64,000 bases of DNA. Origin: an uncultured Acidimicrobiaceae bacterium (GTDB lineage: Bacteria; Actinomycetota; Acidimicrobiia; Spongiisociales; UBA5794). Location of the stretch: assembly GCA_947258375.1 (NCBI GenBank), contig CAMYIJ010000015.1, forward strand, positions 1,817 through 65,816. Reading direction: 5' to 3'. A program made the translations under genes and the position numbers. Below, piece by piece: positions 9,725 to 20,108 of this stretch (its first letter is position 1; every line of letters begins with the position of its first letter). The notes beneath the pieces are model-generated. The model saw only the letters and a program-made list of their open reading frames with translations. It was not told the origin of the DNA and ran no database searches.

Positions 9725-10804
9725 TTGCTGGGCATGACCAACGAGACTCATGACAAGACCACGGTGCTGGCGCTGGAACTCGCCGTCGAGAGCGGGAGTA
9801 ACTGGCTGCTTCGCCATATCGGACCCGATGGACACCCCGGAACCGAGCACGGCCACTACTACCGGCTCCCCTGGTCGCTGGCACTGACCGGTCATCGACA
9901 GCAAGCGGCTGCGGTTCTGTCGTGGGTGGAGCGTGAAGCGCTTGATGACGCGGGCGATCTCCGTTCCGGAGAGCCGCGGGCACCGTTCGAAACGCGCTGG
10001 TCCTCATATCCGCTCGCCATCCTGGCGACGGGCGCGTGGCACCTCGAGCGGTACGACACGGCGCTCCTCATCGCGAACCGCCTACATGCCTACCAGGACC
10101 CGGAGTCCGGTGGTGCGTTCGCCGGCCACCCCGACCACCGAGCGAACGCGCGCCAGGATCTGTTCCCAACCGCCCAAATCGGCATGACCGGACTCACTAC
10201 GGGCACGTTGGATCTTGCCCACGGCGCATACCGTTGGCTGCAGCTCGTCTTCGATTCACAGCCGGAGCTGCCGACTCGCCTGTACACCGCGACCAGCGGC
10301 ACCCGACTCCTCACCGACGCAGCCGGGGATCAACAACTCGCTTGGGAAATCGTCACCGATTTCACCAAACCGCGGCAGGCGTTCTACAACCCGGGGATTG
10401 CAGCCGCCTTTCTCGGCAGGTACTACATGGCAACCGGACGGACCGATGCTCTGGCGCTGGCCAGGAAATACCTCGACCTAACGGTCTCGGGCGGTGAGCC
10501 ACAATTCGACTGGACCGATTCGGTACAGGTCTGCAAGTTCGCCTGGGGCGCGGCAGCTCTATACGACGCGACCGGCGAGGAGCAGTATCTGGGCCACGCG
10601 CGGCGAATGGGCGCCTGGTTCCTCGAATGCCAGGAAGACACGGGGAGCTGGAGCAATTCGCCGTTCTTGATGGAGCGAGGCGGTGATGCCGATTCGACTC
10701 GGATCGAAGTGACGGCTGAGTTCCTACAGCATCTCGTCACTCTGATCGCAGCCATTGGAGGAACCGGGCGCCGGTTCAAGGACCCACCAGGAGATCAACG
10801 ATGA
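9725..10804 (+). CDS. uncharacterized alpha/alpha-barrel-like protein (paralogue A)
   Basis: 359 aa. Clear paralogue of 15994..17016: YYRLPWSLALTGH/YYRGPWALALMGE, CKFAWGAAALYDATGEEQYL/CKSSWGAALLYQITGEDPYL, IEVTAEFLQHL/IEITLEFIMHL. QW-like repeats suggest a terpenoid-cyclase or six-hairpin fold; the family is not identified. Confidence 0.6.
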   Translation: MLGMTNETHDKTTVLALELAVESGSNWLLRHIGPDGHPGTEHGHYYRLPWSLALTGHRQQAAAVLSWVEREALDDAGDLRSGEPRAPFETRWSSYPLAILATGAWHLERYDTALLIANRLHAYQDPESGGAFAGHPDHRANARQDLFPTAQIGMTGLTTGTLDLAHGAYRWLQLVFDSQPELPTRLYTATSGTRLLTDAAGDQQLAWEIVTDFTKPRQAFYNPGIAAAFLGRYYMATGRTDALALARKYLDLTVSGGEPQFDWTDSVQVCKFAWGAAALYDATGEEQYLGHARRMGAWFLECQEDTGSWSNSPFLMERGGDADSTRIEVTAEFLQHLVTLIAAIGGTGRRFKDPPGDQR

Positions 10805-12273
10805 GCAACAACGCCACAATCCACGAAAGCAGGCTATTTGTCGATGGAGCATTCGTCGATGCGAGCGATGGTTCGACCTTCGACACGCTCAATCCGGCAA
10901 CTGGAGACCTGCTCGCCACCGTCGCGCATGCCACAGGAGCTGATGTCGTGAGAGCGGTGGCGGCTGCCCGCCGCGCCCAACCGGCATGGGAGCAGATGGG
11001 AATCGGTGACCGGACGCGAGTGCTCAGGAAGACCGCAGAGTTGATCGTTCGGGATGCCGAAGCACTCGCCCAGCTCGAGTCGGCCGATGCCGGAAAACCG
11101 ATCTCGGACTGCCGCGCCCAGATCCTGGCTACTGCGGAATGGTTCGACTTCTTTGCCGACATCTCGGCCCATCTGCGCTCTGATGTGATTCCCACGTTCT
11201 CGAACCACCTCAACTACACACTTCGCCAGCCAATTGGCGTCGTCGGAGTCATCACGCCGTGGAACTACCCGATGCCGCTCTACGGGATCAAACTGCCGGC
11301 CGCTCTGGCAGTGGGCAACGCCGTGGTCCTCAAGCCTGCTGAGCAGACGCCGTTGACGGCTCTCGCCCTCGCCCGACTCGTGCAGGAGGCAGGGCTGCCC
11401 GACGGTGTGCTCAACGTTGTTACCGGTCTGGGAGAGACAAGCGGAGCCTCGCTCGTTGATTCCGACGTCGACATGGTGTCCTTTACCGGATCGACCGACG
11501 TTGGTCGCCAGATCGCGGCTCGAGCGGGGCAGCGCCTGATCAAGGTGACCCTGGAATTGGGCGGGAAGTCTCCAAGCATCGTGTTCGCCGACTCCGATCT
11601 CGACATGGCGGCCGACGGCGCCTTATTCACCTTCTGTGTCCATCAAGGCCAGTTGTGCAGCGCAGGCACCCGCCTACTCGTCGAAGCGTCGATCCGTGAC
11701 GAATTCGTCGGCAAGCTGGTTGACAAGGCGGAGGCACTTCGCGTCGGCGATCCACTTGACGAGACCACGCAACTCGGCGCGGTGATGAGTCACGAACAGA
11801 TGACTCGGATCGAACGCTACGTCGGCCTGGGGATCGAGCAGGGTGCCCGCGCCCTTACCGGCGCCGGACGGGCCAGCGTTGCCGGTTTGGAAGAGGGACT
11901 CTTCTACAAGCCGACCATATTCGAGGACGTCCAGACCGACATGACCATCGCTCAGGAGGAGATCTTTGGTCCGGTGCTGTCGGTGCTCCCGTTCACAAAT
12001 GAAGCCGAGGCCATCACCCTTGCCAACGATGTGCTCTACGGCCTGGCGGCAGGAATCTGGACCCGTGATCTCGGCAGGGCACACCGCTTCGCTCAGCAGG
12101 TCGAAGCCGGAATCGTCTATGTCAACACGATGAACCTTCTGACCCCATGGTCACCGTACGGTGGATGGAAGCAGAGCGGCCTCGGCATCGAAGGCGGGAT
12201 TGAACAGGCCGCAAGCTTCACCCGGCTCAAGACCGTTTGGCTGAACCTGGGGCCGGACGTTCCCAAACTGTGA
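10801..12273 (+). CDS. NAD(P)-dependent aldehyde dehydrogenase
   Basis: 490 aa with ELGGKSP, a catalytic Cys in ...GQLCSAGTRL..., and EEIFGPV. Confidence 0.9.
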   Translation: MSNNATIHESRLFVDGAFVDASDGSTFDTLNPATGDLLATVAHATGADVVRAVAAARRAQPAWEQMGIGDRTRVLRKTAELIVRDAEALAQLESADAGKPISDCRAQILATAEWFDFFADISAHLRSDVIPTFSNHLNYTLRQPIGVVGVITPWNYPMPLYGIKLPAALAVGNAVVLKPAEQTPLTALALARLVQEAGLPDGVLNVVTGLGETSGASLVDSDVDMVSFTGSTDVGRQIAARAGQRLIKVTLELGGKSPSIVFADSDLDMAADGALFTFCVHQGQLCSAGTRLLVEASIRDEFVGKLVDKAEALRVGDPLDETTQLGAVMSHEQMTRIERYVGLGIEQGARALTGAGRASVAGLEEGLFYKPTIFEDVQTDMTIAQEEIFGPVLSVLPFTNEAEAITLANDVLYGLAAGIWTRDLGRAHRFAQQVEAGIVYVNTMNLLTPWSPYGGWKQSGLGIEGGIEQAASFTRLKTVWLNLGPDVPKL

Positions 12274-12283
12274 GGCCGGGGTC

Positions 12284-12823
12284 TCAGTCTGCGCCTTCCT
12301 CGTCCGCTTCGTCGCCCCAAACCACCTCAGGCTGGGGGAAAACCCGCATGGCCGCTTCGTGGCTTCGCCGGTACACAAAAAACGTGCGCACCCAGTCGAT
12401 GACCTGGACACCATCCTGGTTGAGCCCTCGGGTGCGAACCACGACGATGCCGCCATGAGGCCGCGACTTCGAATCACGGGCTTCGAGAACCTGCGACTCG
12501 GCGTACAGGGTGTCACCGGCGAAGACCGGCTCGGTCAATCGAATCCTGTCCCAGCCCAGATTGGCGAACGCGTGTTGTGAGGTGTCGATCACCGACAGGC
12601 CGGCGATCACCGCAACCGTCAACGCAGAGTTGACGAGCGGTCGTCCGAACTCCGTCAGCGCCGCGTATTTGTGATCGAAGTGAATCGGGTTCGTGTTCAT
12701 GGTGAGCAGCGTGAACCATGTGTTGTCCGCCTCACTAATGGTGCGTCCCAGAGGGTGTCGATACACGTCCCCGACGACGAAGTCCTCGAAGAACCGCCCG
12801 ATGGGTGCATCATGCAGGACCAC
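12284..12823 (-). CDS. MaoC-family (R)-hydratase/dehydratase
   Basis: Hot-dog fold signature FEDFVVGDV...NPIHFD. Confidence 0.8.
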   Translation of the reverse strand: MVLHDAPIGRFFEDFVVGDVYRHPLGRTISEADNTWFTLLTMNTNPIHFDHKYAALTEFGRPLVNSALTVAVIAGLSVIDTSQHAFANLGWDRIRLTEPVFAGDTLYAESQVLEARDSKSRPHGGIVVVRTRGLNQDGVQVIDWVRTFFVYRRSHEAAMRVFPQPEVVWGDEADEEGAD

Positions 12824-13006
12824 GAGATCCTCCTCTCAGCTCCATCGAGATGATCCGATTCATCTTTCGCCAGCACATGAGTCCGGCCTTTCATCGACGT
12901 TGACTGCTCGAACGGGCACGCTCGCATCAGTTACCACAGCACCAAAGCCGCCCTGATCCGCTGAATCCGTTTGGTTCAGTATACGTCTGACCTTTAACAT
13001 GCTCCC

Positions 13007-13723
13007 GTGACCACGCCTCGTGTACCGGCCTACCGGTCCATCTCCGATTCGATCCGGGACGACATTCTCGCCCGCAGGCTCGTTCCGGGAGATCAGCTCC
13101 CGGTCGAGACCGAGCTGGCGGACCGATTTGGCGTGAGCCGATCCACCGTTCGTGAGGCGCTCCGCGAGTTGACGAGTCAGAACCTCGTCAACACCACCCG
13201 GGGGGCAACCGGGGGGACCTTCGTTGTCGTGCCCACCACCCAGCATCTCGCCCAATCTCTCGCGGTAGGGATCGAGATGCTGGCAGGCAGTGCCGACCTC
13301 AGCGTCGCCGAGTTGCTCGAGGCCCGCGAACTGTTGGAGATGCCGGCTGCCGAACTCGCGGCCGCTCGGGGAAGGACCGAGGAGGTCGATGCCATCCGCA
13401 CCTACGTGGAAACTCACCGCGCTGACGCCGCCGTGGGTAGGGAGCTCGCTGCCAACTGGAGTTTCCACACGCTCGTGATGCGGGCAGCCCACAACCCGCT
13501 TCTCGAATTGATGGCGGAACCGATCTACTACGTTCTACGGACTCGATTTGCGGAAAGTCGTGCTGCCGGACCGTTCCGTCAAAAGGTGGAGGACCATCAC
13601 CGCGCAATCGCCACGGCGATCTTTGACCGCGATGGCCAACGAGCCTCGGAGGAGATGCGCCTCCACCTCGAGTACTTGCGCCCGTTCTACCTGGACGTCG
13701 ACACGCGGCTCGGCCGAAAATGA
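13007..13723 (+). CDS. GntR-family transcriptional regulator (FadR/FCD subfamily)
   Basis: N-terminal winged HTH (ELADRFGVSRSTVREALRELTSQNLV) plus a C-terminal FCD-like helical domain. Divergent from the MaoC gene. Confidence 0.85.
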   Translation: MTTPRVPAYRSISDSIRDDILARRLVPGDQLPVETELADRFGVSRSTVREALRELTSQNLVNTTRGATGGTFVVVPTTQHLAQSLAVGIEMLAGSADLSVAELLEARELLEMPAAELAAARGRTEEVDAIRTYVETHRADAAVGRELAANWSFHTLVMRAAHNPLLELMAEPIYYVLRTRFAESRAAGPFRQKVEDHHRAIATAIFDRDGQRASEEMRLHLEYLRPFYLDVDTRLGRK

Positions 13724-14913
13724 TGCCGCTGGAGGATGTCCGCATTCTCGCCATCGAACAATACGGTGCCGGCCCGTTCGGCTCGCTGCAGTTGGCCGAT
13801 CTCGGGGCAGACGTCATCAAGATCGAGAACCCGGCTACCGGTGGTGACGTTGGCCGGTATGTCCCCCCTTTCCAGGAAGGTGAGGACTCGCTGTTTTTTG
13901 AAAGCTTCAACCGCAACAAACGATCGCTGTCCCTCGACCTACGCAACCCGGCGGGCCGCAGGGTGTTCGGAGATCTCGTGGGAACCGCGGACGCCGTCTA
14001 TTCGAATCTTCGGGGCGACGTGCCGGCCGCGCTCGGGATCACGTACAAGGATCTGGCGCCTTTCAAGGAATCGATCGTCTGCGTATCGCTCTCGGGCTTC
14101 GGTACGAGGGGACCGCGGGCACACCTGCCGGCCTACGACTACATCTTGCAGGGGCTGACTGGCTGGATGTCGCTTACGGGGGATCCTGAGGGCCCACCAA
14201 CAAAAAGCGGACTCTCGCTCGTGGATCTGTCCGGCGGGTTGGTGGCCGCACTCACGATGCTCGCCGCCATTCACGCGGCGCGCCGAGACGGGCGGGGTAT
14301 GGACTGTGACCTGAGCCTCTATGACACGGCGACCGCCATGCTCACATACGACGCGGCCTGGCACCTCAACGACGAATGGGAGCCCGTCCGACTCGGGCGA
14401 TCGGCACACCCTTCGCTCGTGCCCTTCCAACTCTTCCGAGGTGATGATGGGCGTTGGTTTGTAGTCGCCTGCGCCAAAGAGAAGTTCTGGAAGAGACTCA
14501 CTGCTGCTCTGGGTGTGCCGGAGATCGCCGACGATGCCAGATTCCTGGACTTCCCGGCGCGACGCGGCAACCGCGAGGAGCTGATCGCACTGCTCGACAA
14601 CATATTCGACACCCGACCCACCTCCTACTGGATCAAGGCGCTAGAGGATGCAGGCGTTCCCGTCGGGCCGGTGCGATCGGTCAGGGAGGCCCTCGCCGAC
14701 GACCACACCCAGGAACGCAGCCTGATAGTCGAGTCCCCCCACGAGAGATTTGGGGTGCTTCAAACCGTACGTTCGCCGGCGCGGGTCGGCGGCGAGCCGG
14801 CTCGTGTCGGGAGAGCACCCCGGCGCAACGAACATGCCGCCGCAATTCTCGACGAGCTCGGCTACACAGCGGCAGAGACAGAATCGTTCACAACATCGGG
14901 CGCCTTCGGATGA
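13720..14913 (+). CDS. CoA-transferase family III (CaiB/BaiF)
   Basis: VRILAIEQYGAGPFGSLQLADLGADVIKIENP matches the family N-terminus. ATGA overlaps on both sides. Confidence 0.85.
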   Translation: MMPLEDVRILAIEQYGAGPFGSLQLADLGADVIKIENPATGGDVGRYVPPFQEGEDSLFFESFNRNKRSLSLDLRNPAGRRVFGDLVGTADAVYSNLRGDVPAALGITYKDLAPFKESIVCVSLSGFGTRGPRAHLPAYDYILQGLTGWMSLTGDPEGPPTKSGLSLVDLSGGLVAALTMLAAIHAARRDGRGMDCDLSLYDTATAMLTYDAAWHLNDEWEPVRLGRSAHPSLVPFQLFRGDDGRWFVVACAKEKFWKRLTAALGVPEIADDARFLDFPARRGNREELIALLDNIFDTRPTSYWIKALEDAGVPVGPVRSVREALADDHTQERSLIVESPHERFGVLQTVRSPARVGGEPARVGRAPRRNEHAAAILDELGYTAAETESFTTSGAFG

Positions 14914-16007
14914 CACGTTCGTTTTCGGCTCCAGTCCTACCACGGATAGGCGAGCGCCTCGAGATGCTGCCGGTCACCCTGGACCCTCCGGGCCCGAACG
15001 AAGTGCTGGTGCGCATGGTCGCCAGCGGTATCTGCCATAGCTGTCTACACGCGATGAACGGCACCCACGGAGGTATGCCCACCCCGTTGGTGCTGGGTGA
15101 TGAGGGCGCCGGCGTCGTCGAGCAGATCGGGGCGGGTGTGGACGAGGTCGCAGTCGGCGATCATGTTGTGCTGTCGTGGGCGCCCAACTGCGGTAGCTGT
15201 CGTTTCTGTGTCGTCGGCCGACCAGTGCTGTGCAATCGGATGGGCCCGGCCGGATTCCTGCCGGACGGGACCACACGTCTCCACCTCGACGGGCAGCCGC
15301 TGCATCATTTTGGGCCGGCGACCTATGCCGAATTCACGGTAGTGCATGCCAGCGCCGCGATACCGATCAGGCGGGATCTCCCACTTGACATCGCAGCGAT
15401 GATTGGATGCGCGGTGGCAACCGGGGTTGGCGCGGTCGTGAACACCTCGGGGGCCGGTCTCGGAAGCTCCGTGGCAGTGTTCGGCTGCGGTGGCGTCGGC
15501 CTGAACGCGATCCAGGGTGCCTCACTCATCGGTGCCCATCCGATCGTCGGCATCGATCTCGTCGACGCCCGACTCGAACTTGCCGACCGCCTGGGCGCCA
15601 CTGAGGTTGTGAATGGAAGCGGGCCCGACGTCGCGGCCCGGCTCAACGAGGTCGCCCCGGGCGGCTTCGACGTCACGATTCTTGCGGTCGGTGCGATGGC
15701 GGCATTCGAGCGGGCATGGGAATCAACCGGGCCCGGCGGGACGTGCGTGGTCGTGGGACGAACGCCCGACGGTGAGCGCACCTCGTTCAACCCGCAGACG
15801 ATCCACACCGGTGAGAAACGACTGGTCGGATCCATCTATGGCTCCGTGCGGCCCGCAGTCGACTTCCCCAAACTGGCCGACCTTGCGTTCGAGGGCCGCC
15901 TGCAACTCGAAGACCTCGTGACGCAGCGCTTTCGAATCGATCAGGTGAACGAGGCCTTCGCAGCATTGGCGGCGGGCGACCTCGCCAGAGGCCTCATCGT
16001 TTTCTGA
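14910..16007 (+). CDS. zinc-dependent alcohol dehydrogenase (MDR)
   Basis: GICHSCLH, GDEGAG and GCGGVGL motifs. Start ATG overlaps the CoA-transferase stop (ATGA). The ORF-track start at 14454 is an upstream extension. Confidence 0.85.
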   Translation: MTRSFSAPVLPRIGERLEMLPVTLDPPGPNEVLVRMVASGICHSCLHAMNGTHGGMPTPLVLGDEGAGVVEQIGAGVDEVAVGDHVVLSWAPNCGSCRFCVVGRPVLCNRMGPAGFLPDGTTRLHLDGQPLHHFGPATYAEFTVVHASAAIPIRRDLPLDIAAMIGCAVATGVGAVVNTSGAGLGSSVAVFGCGGVGLNAIQGASLIGAHPIVGIDLVDARLELADRLGATEVVNGSGPDVAARLNEVAPGGFDVTILAVGAMAAFERAWESTGPGGTCVVVGRTPDGERTSFNPQTIHTGEKRLVGSIYGSVRPAVDFPKLADLAFEGRLQLEDLVTQRFRIDQVNEAFAALAAGDLARGLIVF

Positions 16008-17016
16008 GACCCGGCGCCAGCGCTCCGCCAAGCACCCGCAAGTGCATTATGAATTCGAGCGTGATCTCGATCACGTCGGCGGTCGTCTGCTCAACCCACG
16101 GGTGCCACCATCCGTCCTCGTCCTGGGTGTCGAGGTACCACTGCCCCATCCGCATCAGCCAATCCAGATAGGGATCCTCACCTGTGATCTGATAGAGCAG
16201 CGCAGCTCCCCAGCTGCTCTTACACACGGATGGGTACTTGAATTGGGCATCAGTCGCCGCCATCGAGAAGCCTTGATACTTCCGGGCCAGGTCGAGGTAA
16301 CCCGGCTGCGGGTCCGCTAGGTAGAGCCGACCGAGAAAGCCGGCGGCGATGCCTCCAATGGTCCACCGCTGCATCCGGTCGGCATGTTGATCGACCACGA
16401 AACGCTGCTCAAAGGACGGATCCGATTCGACGATTGGCCGCTGCTCCTGGCGAGACCAGAAGCAGTAGAAACGATCCGGCATGGCCGGTTGGGTGGCGTA
16501 GATGGTGTCAAGGAAGGCGGCCACCCGACGGGCCTCGGCGAGCCGGCCCGTGGCGAGAAGAGCCAGCCCTGGTCCCGCCGCGTAGGGGATATCCATCTCG
16601 TCGCTCCCCCGTCCCTCCGATGTTGCATCATTGGCAAATGCACCGGAGACCGGATCCTGCCAGGAGCACAAAGAGCCCACCAGGCCGTGCGACAGGTCGT
16701 ATTGGCCCAGCATCTGGGCGCCGACGATCAGCGCAGAATCTCGATACGCCCAACCGTCCCTGAGGATTCGGAGCTCGCCATCGAGCCTGCCATCGCGAAG
16801 CAGATGCTCTCTGATCCAGTCGCACAGCGCCAGCGCCGGGCCGACCTCGCCCATGAGGGCGAGCGCCCAGGGCCCCCGGTAGTACTTGAACCCGAGCGCC
16901 GGGTCGCCAATCACACCGGAGGGACGCTGTTGGGCGAGCACCCAACGCGTTGCCCGCCGGCAGGCGGCCTCGATTTCATCGATCAGATCCATCGGAGCGT
17001 GGTCGGCGCCGGTCAC
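15994..17016 (-). CDS. uncharacterized alpha/alpha-barrel-like protein (paralogue B)
   Basis: 340 aa, paralogous to 9725..10804 (see that entry). 4-nt overlap with the upstream epimerase gene. Confidence 0.6.
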   Translation of the reverse strand: MTGADHAPMDLIDEIEAACRRATRWVLAQQRPSGVIGDPALGFKYYRGPWALALMGEVGPALALCDWIREHLLRDGRLDGELRILRDGWAYRDSALIVGAQMLGQYDLSHGLVGSLCSWQDPVSGAFANDATSEGRGSDEMDIPYAAGPGLALLATGRLAEARRVAAFLDTIYATQPAMPDRFYCFWSRQEQRPIVESDPSFEQRFVVDQHADRMQRWTIGGIAAGFLGRLYLADPQPGYLDLARKYQGFSMAATDAQFKYPSVCKSSWGAALLYQITGEDPYLDWLMRMGQWYLDTQDEDGWWHPWVEQTTADVIEITLEFIMHLRVLGGALAPGLRKR

Positions 17017-18032
17017 TTGTCGCCGCTTCCGATTGCCTCGTCGATCATGTCAAAGACAGAGTGCGTCGCCTGATAGCCCAGCACCGCCCGTGCCTTCGCC
17101 GAGCTGACATACCAACTCGGTCGGACCGCCTCATACCGGACCTCCACAACCTGCATGTCGAGGCGTCTTCCCAGCTCCTCGACGAACTCACGATCGGAAT
17201 GAGGAGCCTCGGGACCGATATTGAACGCCTCACCGACGGCCTCAGGGGTTTCGATCGTCGCCCGCAGACCCTCGGCCGCATCACGGGCGTCGGTGATCAT
17301 GGTCAGGCTCGCTGCGCCTTCAGAGTCGGTCAGCAAGAGCAGACGATCCGTGGCGCCGCCGACCCGGCCAAGTTCGCTGAGCAGCTGATCTTCCGCCGCA
17401 GTCCGCGGATGCGACTCGAGCCATCCGATCGCCGAGTCGAGGAACCAGCGCCTGCCAAATGGGCTGACCGGGTCCAACAGCTCGCTCGGATTGGCGGTGG
17501 CCGTCGGGCGGACGATTGTGAAGGGGATTCCGTAGGTGCTCCAGAATGCGTGGCACATGGCCTCGGCGCCGACCTTGGTCGCGCCGTATATCGATCCGGC
17601 CGTCAGCGGATGGGATTCGTCGATTGGGAGATAGAGGGGTCGCCGCGTCAATCCGGGCCAATAGACGGCGTCGCTCGACACGTAGACGAAACGTGCCAGT
17701 CCCGGCGCCGTTTCCCGGGCTGCGACGAGCATGTTGAATGTCCCGTTCAGATTGGCGTCGACGAACGACTGATCTCCCACGTCGTGGGTAGTGAGAGCGG
17801 CCGCCAGGTGACAAATCACATCGACACCGGCAACCGCGTCGCGCACAGACGCGATATCCGTGATGTCGCCCGCGAAGATTTCGACGTCTGGTTCAGATCC
17901 AAGGTGCCGCAGGGCCTTGTTGCCTGGGAGATCAAGAGCTCTGACCCGGTGCCCGGCCGAGCTGAGAGTGCGAGCAAGGTGGGCACCGATGCGTCCCCCG
18001 GCTCCCGTGATGAGGACCTCCACCGGAATCAC
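17013..18032 (-). CDS. NAD-dependent epimerase/dehydratase (extended SDR)
   Basis: VLITGAGGRIGAHLARTL, YVSSDAVY and YGATK motifs. Confidence 0.8.
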   Translation of the reverse strand: MIPVEVLITGAGGRIGAHLARTLSSAGHRVRALDLPGNKALRHLGSEPDVEIFAGDITDIASVRDAVAGVDVICHLAAALTTHDVGDQSFVDANLNGTFNMLVAARETAPGLARFVYVSSDAVYWPGLTRRPLYLPIDESHPLTAGSIYGATKVGAEAMCHAFWSTYGIPFTIVRPTATANPSELLDPVSPFGRRWFLDSAIGWLESHPRTAAEDQLLSELGRVGGATDRLLLLTDSEGAASLTMITDARDAAEGLRATIETPEAVGEAFNIGPEAPHSDREFVEELGRRLDMQVVEVRYEAVRPSWYVSSAKARAVLGYQATHSVFDMIDEAIGSGDK

Positions 18033-18350
18033 AGACCGAAAGGCAGCGCGCTACGGCCGTGCCTAGGTGGGTGTTGAACAATCCATTGCGGCGCCTCTGC
18101 GGGTCTCATCGCCCCTGCCTTCGCCCGGAAACCTTGAATTATCGACTGATAGTCCTGCGGTCCCCGGCCTGTGGCAGATGACGATGATCCTCCGCAGATC
18201 CATCCACAGTGGTTATTGCCTCTAGATTCCTAAAGGTCAGGCAATTGCCGAAAGGCAGGACGAAGACCAACACCCACGCAGCTCGCCACACCGGATCCGC
18301 TTGGATATGTCGGATCAGTGATGGCCCAGCCAAAGGTCGGAGGAACCGCA

Positions 18351-20108
18351 ATGACACGTTCAAGGTCCACCAATTGGCGGAGGCTGCTGCTGCTCGCACC
18401 AGTTTTTGCTCTCGTCGTCGGAGCGTGCTCCAGCACCGATTCGACGACCACAACGACGGGCGCGGCACCTGCGACTACCGCAGCAACCGGCGGCGACACT
18501 ACCGCGGCGCCCGGTACGACGGCAGCGCCCGATACGACGGTACCCAGCGATGAGCCGAAGATTCTCCAGACGGTGATGTCGGAAGAGGCGACCGACCTCA
18601 TCCCGCACACCACTGGACAGCAGGGCAAAGGCCACGTCTACCAGGCGATGTTCAACCCGCTGCTGGAAACTGACAACAACAAGGTCATCTACTCGAAGAT
18701 CTTGGAATCATGGGAGACCTCGGCAGATGCCAAGACCGTCACGATGGTCCTCAAGCCGGACGTCGTTTGGAGTGACGGAACGCCGATGACGGCGGAGGAT
18801 ATCCGCTGGACGCTCGAGTCGTACCTCGATAACAACGTCAGCAACTGGGCCATCCGCATCGGCGGGGTTCTCGGCCAGCAGGCGTACGTCGATGGCACGG
18901 CCGATTCAATCGTGGGCTTGACCGTCGTGGACGACCGCACGATTACCATCGAGTTGGAGAACCCGGATGCCGCCTGGGTCAACAACCTCGGTGCCCGCGC
19001 AGAGGACCTCCCCGTGCTTCCAGCCCACGTCCTGGGTGATGTTCCGCACAGTGAACTCCTCGACAATGAGTACTGGCAGACCTTCCCCGTAACCAGCGGG
19101 CCATACAAGTTCGTGCAGTTCGAACAGGGCCAATTCGTGGAGTTCGAGCGGAACGACAACTGGTTCGGCGGTGACGCATACTTCGATCGAGTGTTCTTCA
19201 AGATCCTGTCGACCGATGTCATGTCGGCCCAGCTCGAGACCGGTGAGATTCAGTTCATGTTCCCGCTCGACCCGGCGGACGTTGACCGTGTTTCCAACAT
19301 CCCCGGTGTGACGGTCGCCGCAGAACAGGGAATCGCTCCCGAACTGTGGTCGATCATGCACGACGATGAGCCGCTCGATGCTCGGGTCCGCCAGGCGATG
19401 TTGTTCGCAATCGACCGGGTAGGCCTGTGTCAGCAAGCAATGCAGGGCTACTGCTCGACGCCGATCACCAACATCAGGCAGATCGCTCCGGAATGGTCCA
19501 TCCCGACCGTCGCGGAGTACCCCGACCTGATCGAGTACAACTACGACCCGGACCGTGCCCGGACGCTTCTGGCCGAAGCTGAAGCCGACGGAGCGTGGGA
19601 CCCCAACACGGAACTGATCTTCTACGCTCGCCCCGGCCGGAGCTATGTGGACACTGCAATAGCAATCGCCCAGGCGCAGATGGCAGAGGTCGGTATCAAC
19701 TGGACGATCATCAACACCGACACCGGAGGCCTCATCGATGGCATCCGCGAGCAACCGCTCGGCACACTCGACGGCTTCTGGGTCAGTGGCGCCGACTTCA
19801 CGATCGATCCGAGTGCGGTGCAGGTCTACACGTCGTGTAACACCGCCCGTACCGGAGCCAACCTGATCTCCTACTGCCGTCCCGAGCTGGATGCGCTGTG
19901 GGAGGCAGGCAGGCTCACGGCTGTGCAAGACGAGCGGCGGCAGATCTACCACGATGCGTTCCGGTTCATGAACGCGGATCCGTCGGAGATCTACCTGTAC
20001 ATCGTTGACACGATCGTTGCCTACGACTCACGCCTGAAGGGCGTTGTGCCCCACGGCGGCATCGGCCAGCCGTACTGGAACATCGGTGAGTGGTATTGGG
20101 AGGAGTAA
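18351..20108 (+). CDS. ABC transporter substrate-binding lipoprotein, family 5 (DppA/OppA-like)
   Basis: Signal peptide with lipobox (LLLAPVFALVVGACSS), a Thr-rich linker, then an SBP_bac_5-type domain. GGAGG lies 7 nt before the ATG at 18351. Confidence 0.85.
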   Translation: MTRSRSTNWRRLLLLAPVFALVVGACSSTDSTTTTTGAAPATTAATGGDTTAAPGTTAAPDTTVPSDEPKILQTVMSEEATDLIPHTTGQQGKGHVYQAMFNPLLETDNNKVIYSKILESWETSADAKTVTMVLKPDVVWSDGTPMTAEDIRWTLESYLDNNVSNWAIRIGGVLGQQAYVDGTADSIVGLTVVDDRTITIELENPDAAWVNNLGARAEDLPVLPAHVLGDVPHSELLDNEYWQTFPVTSGPYKFVQFEQGQFVEFERNDNWFGGDAYFDRVFFKILSTDVMSAQLETGEIQFMFPLDPADVDRVSNIPGVTVAAEQGIAPELWSIMHDDEPLDARVRQAMLFAIDRVGLCQQAMQGYCSTPITNIRQIAPEWSIPTVAEYPDLIEYNYDPDRARTLLAEAEADGAWDPNTELIFYARPGRSYVDTAIAIAQAQMAEVGINWTIINTDTGGLIDGIREQPLGTLDGFWVSGADFTIDPSAVQVYTSCNTARTGANLISYCRPELDALWEAGRLTAVQDERRQIYHDAFRFMNADPSEIYLYIVDTIVAYDSRLKGVVPHGGIGQPYWNIGEWYWEE

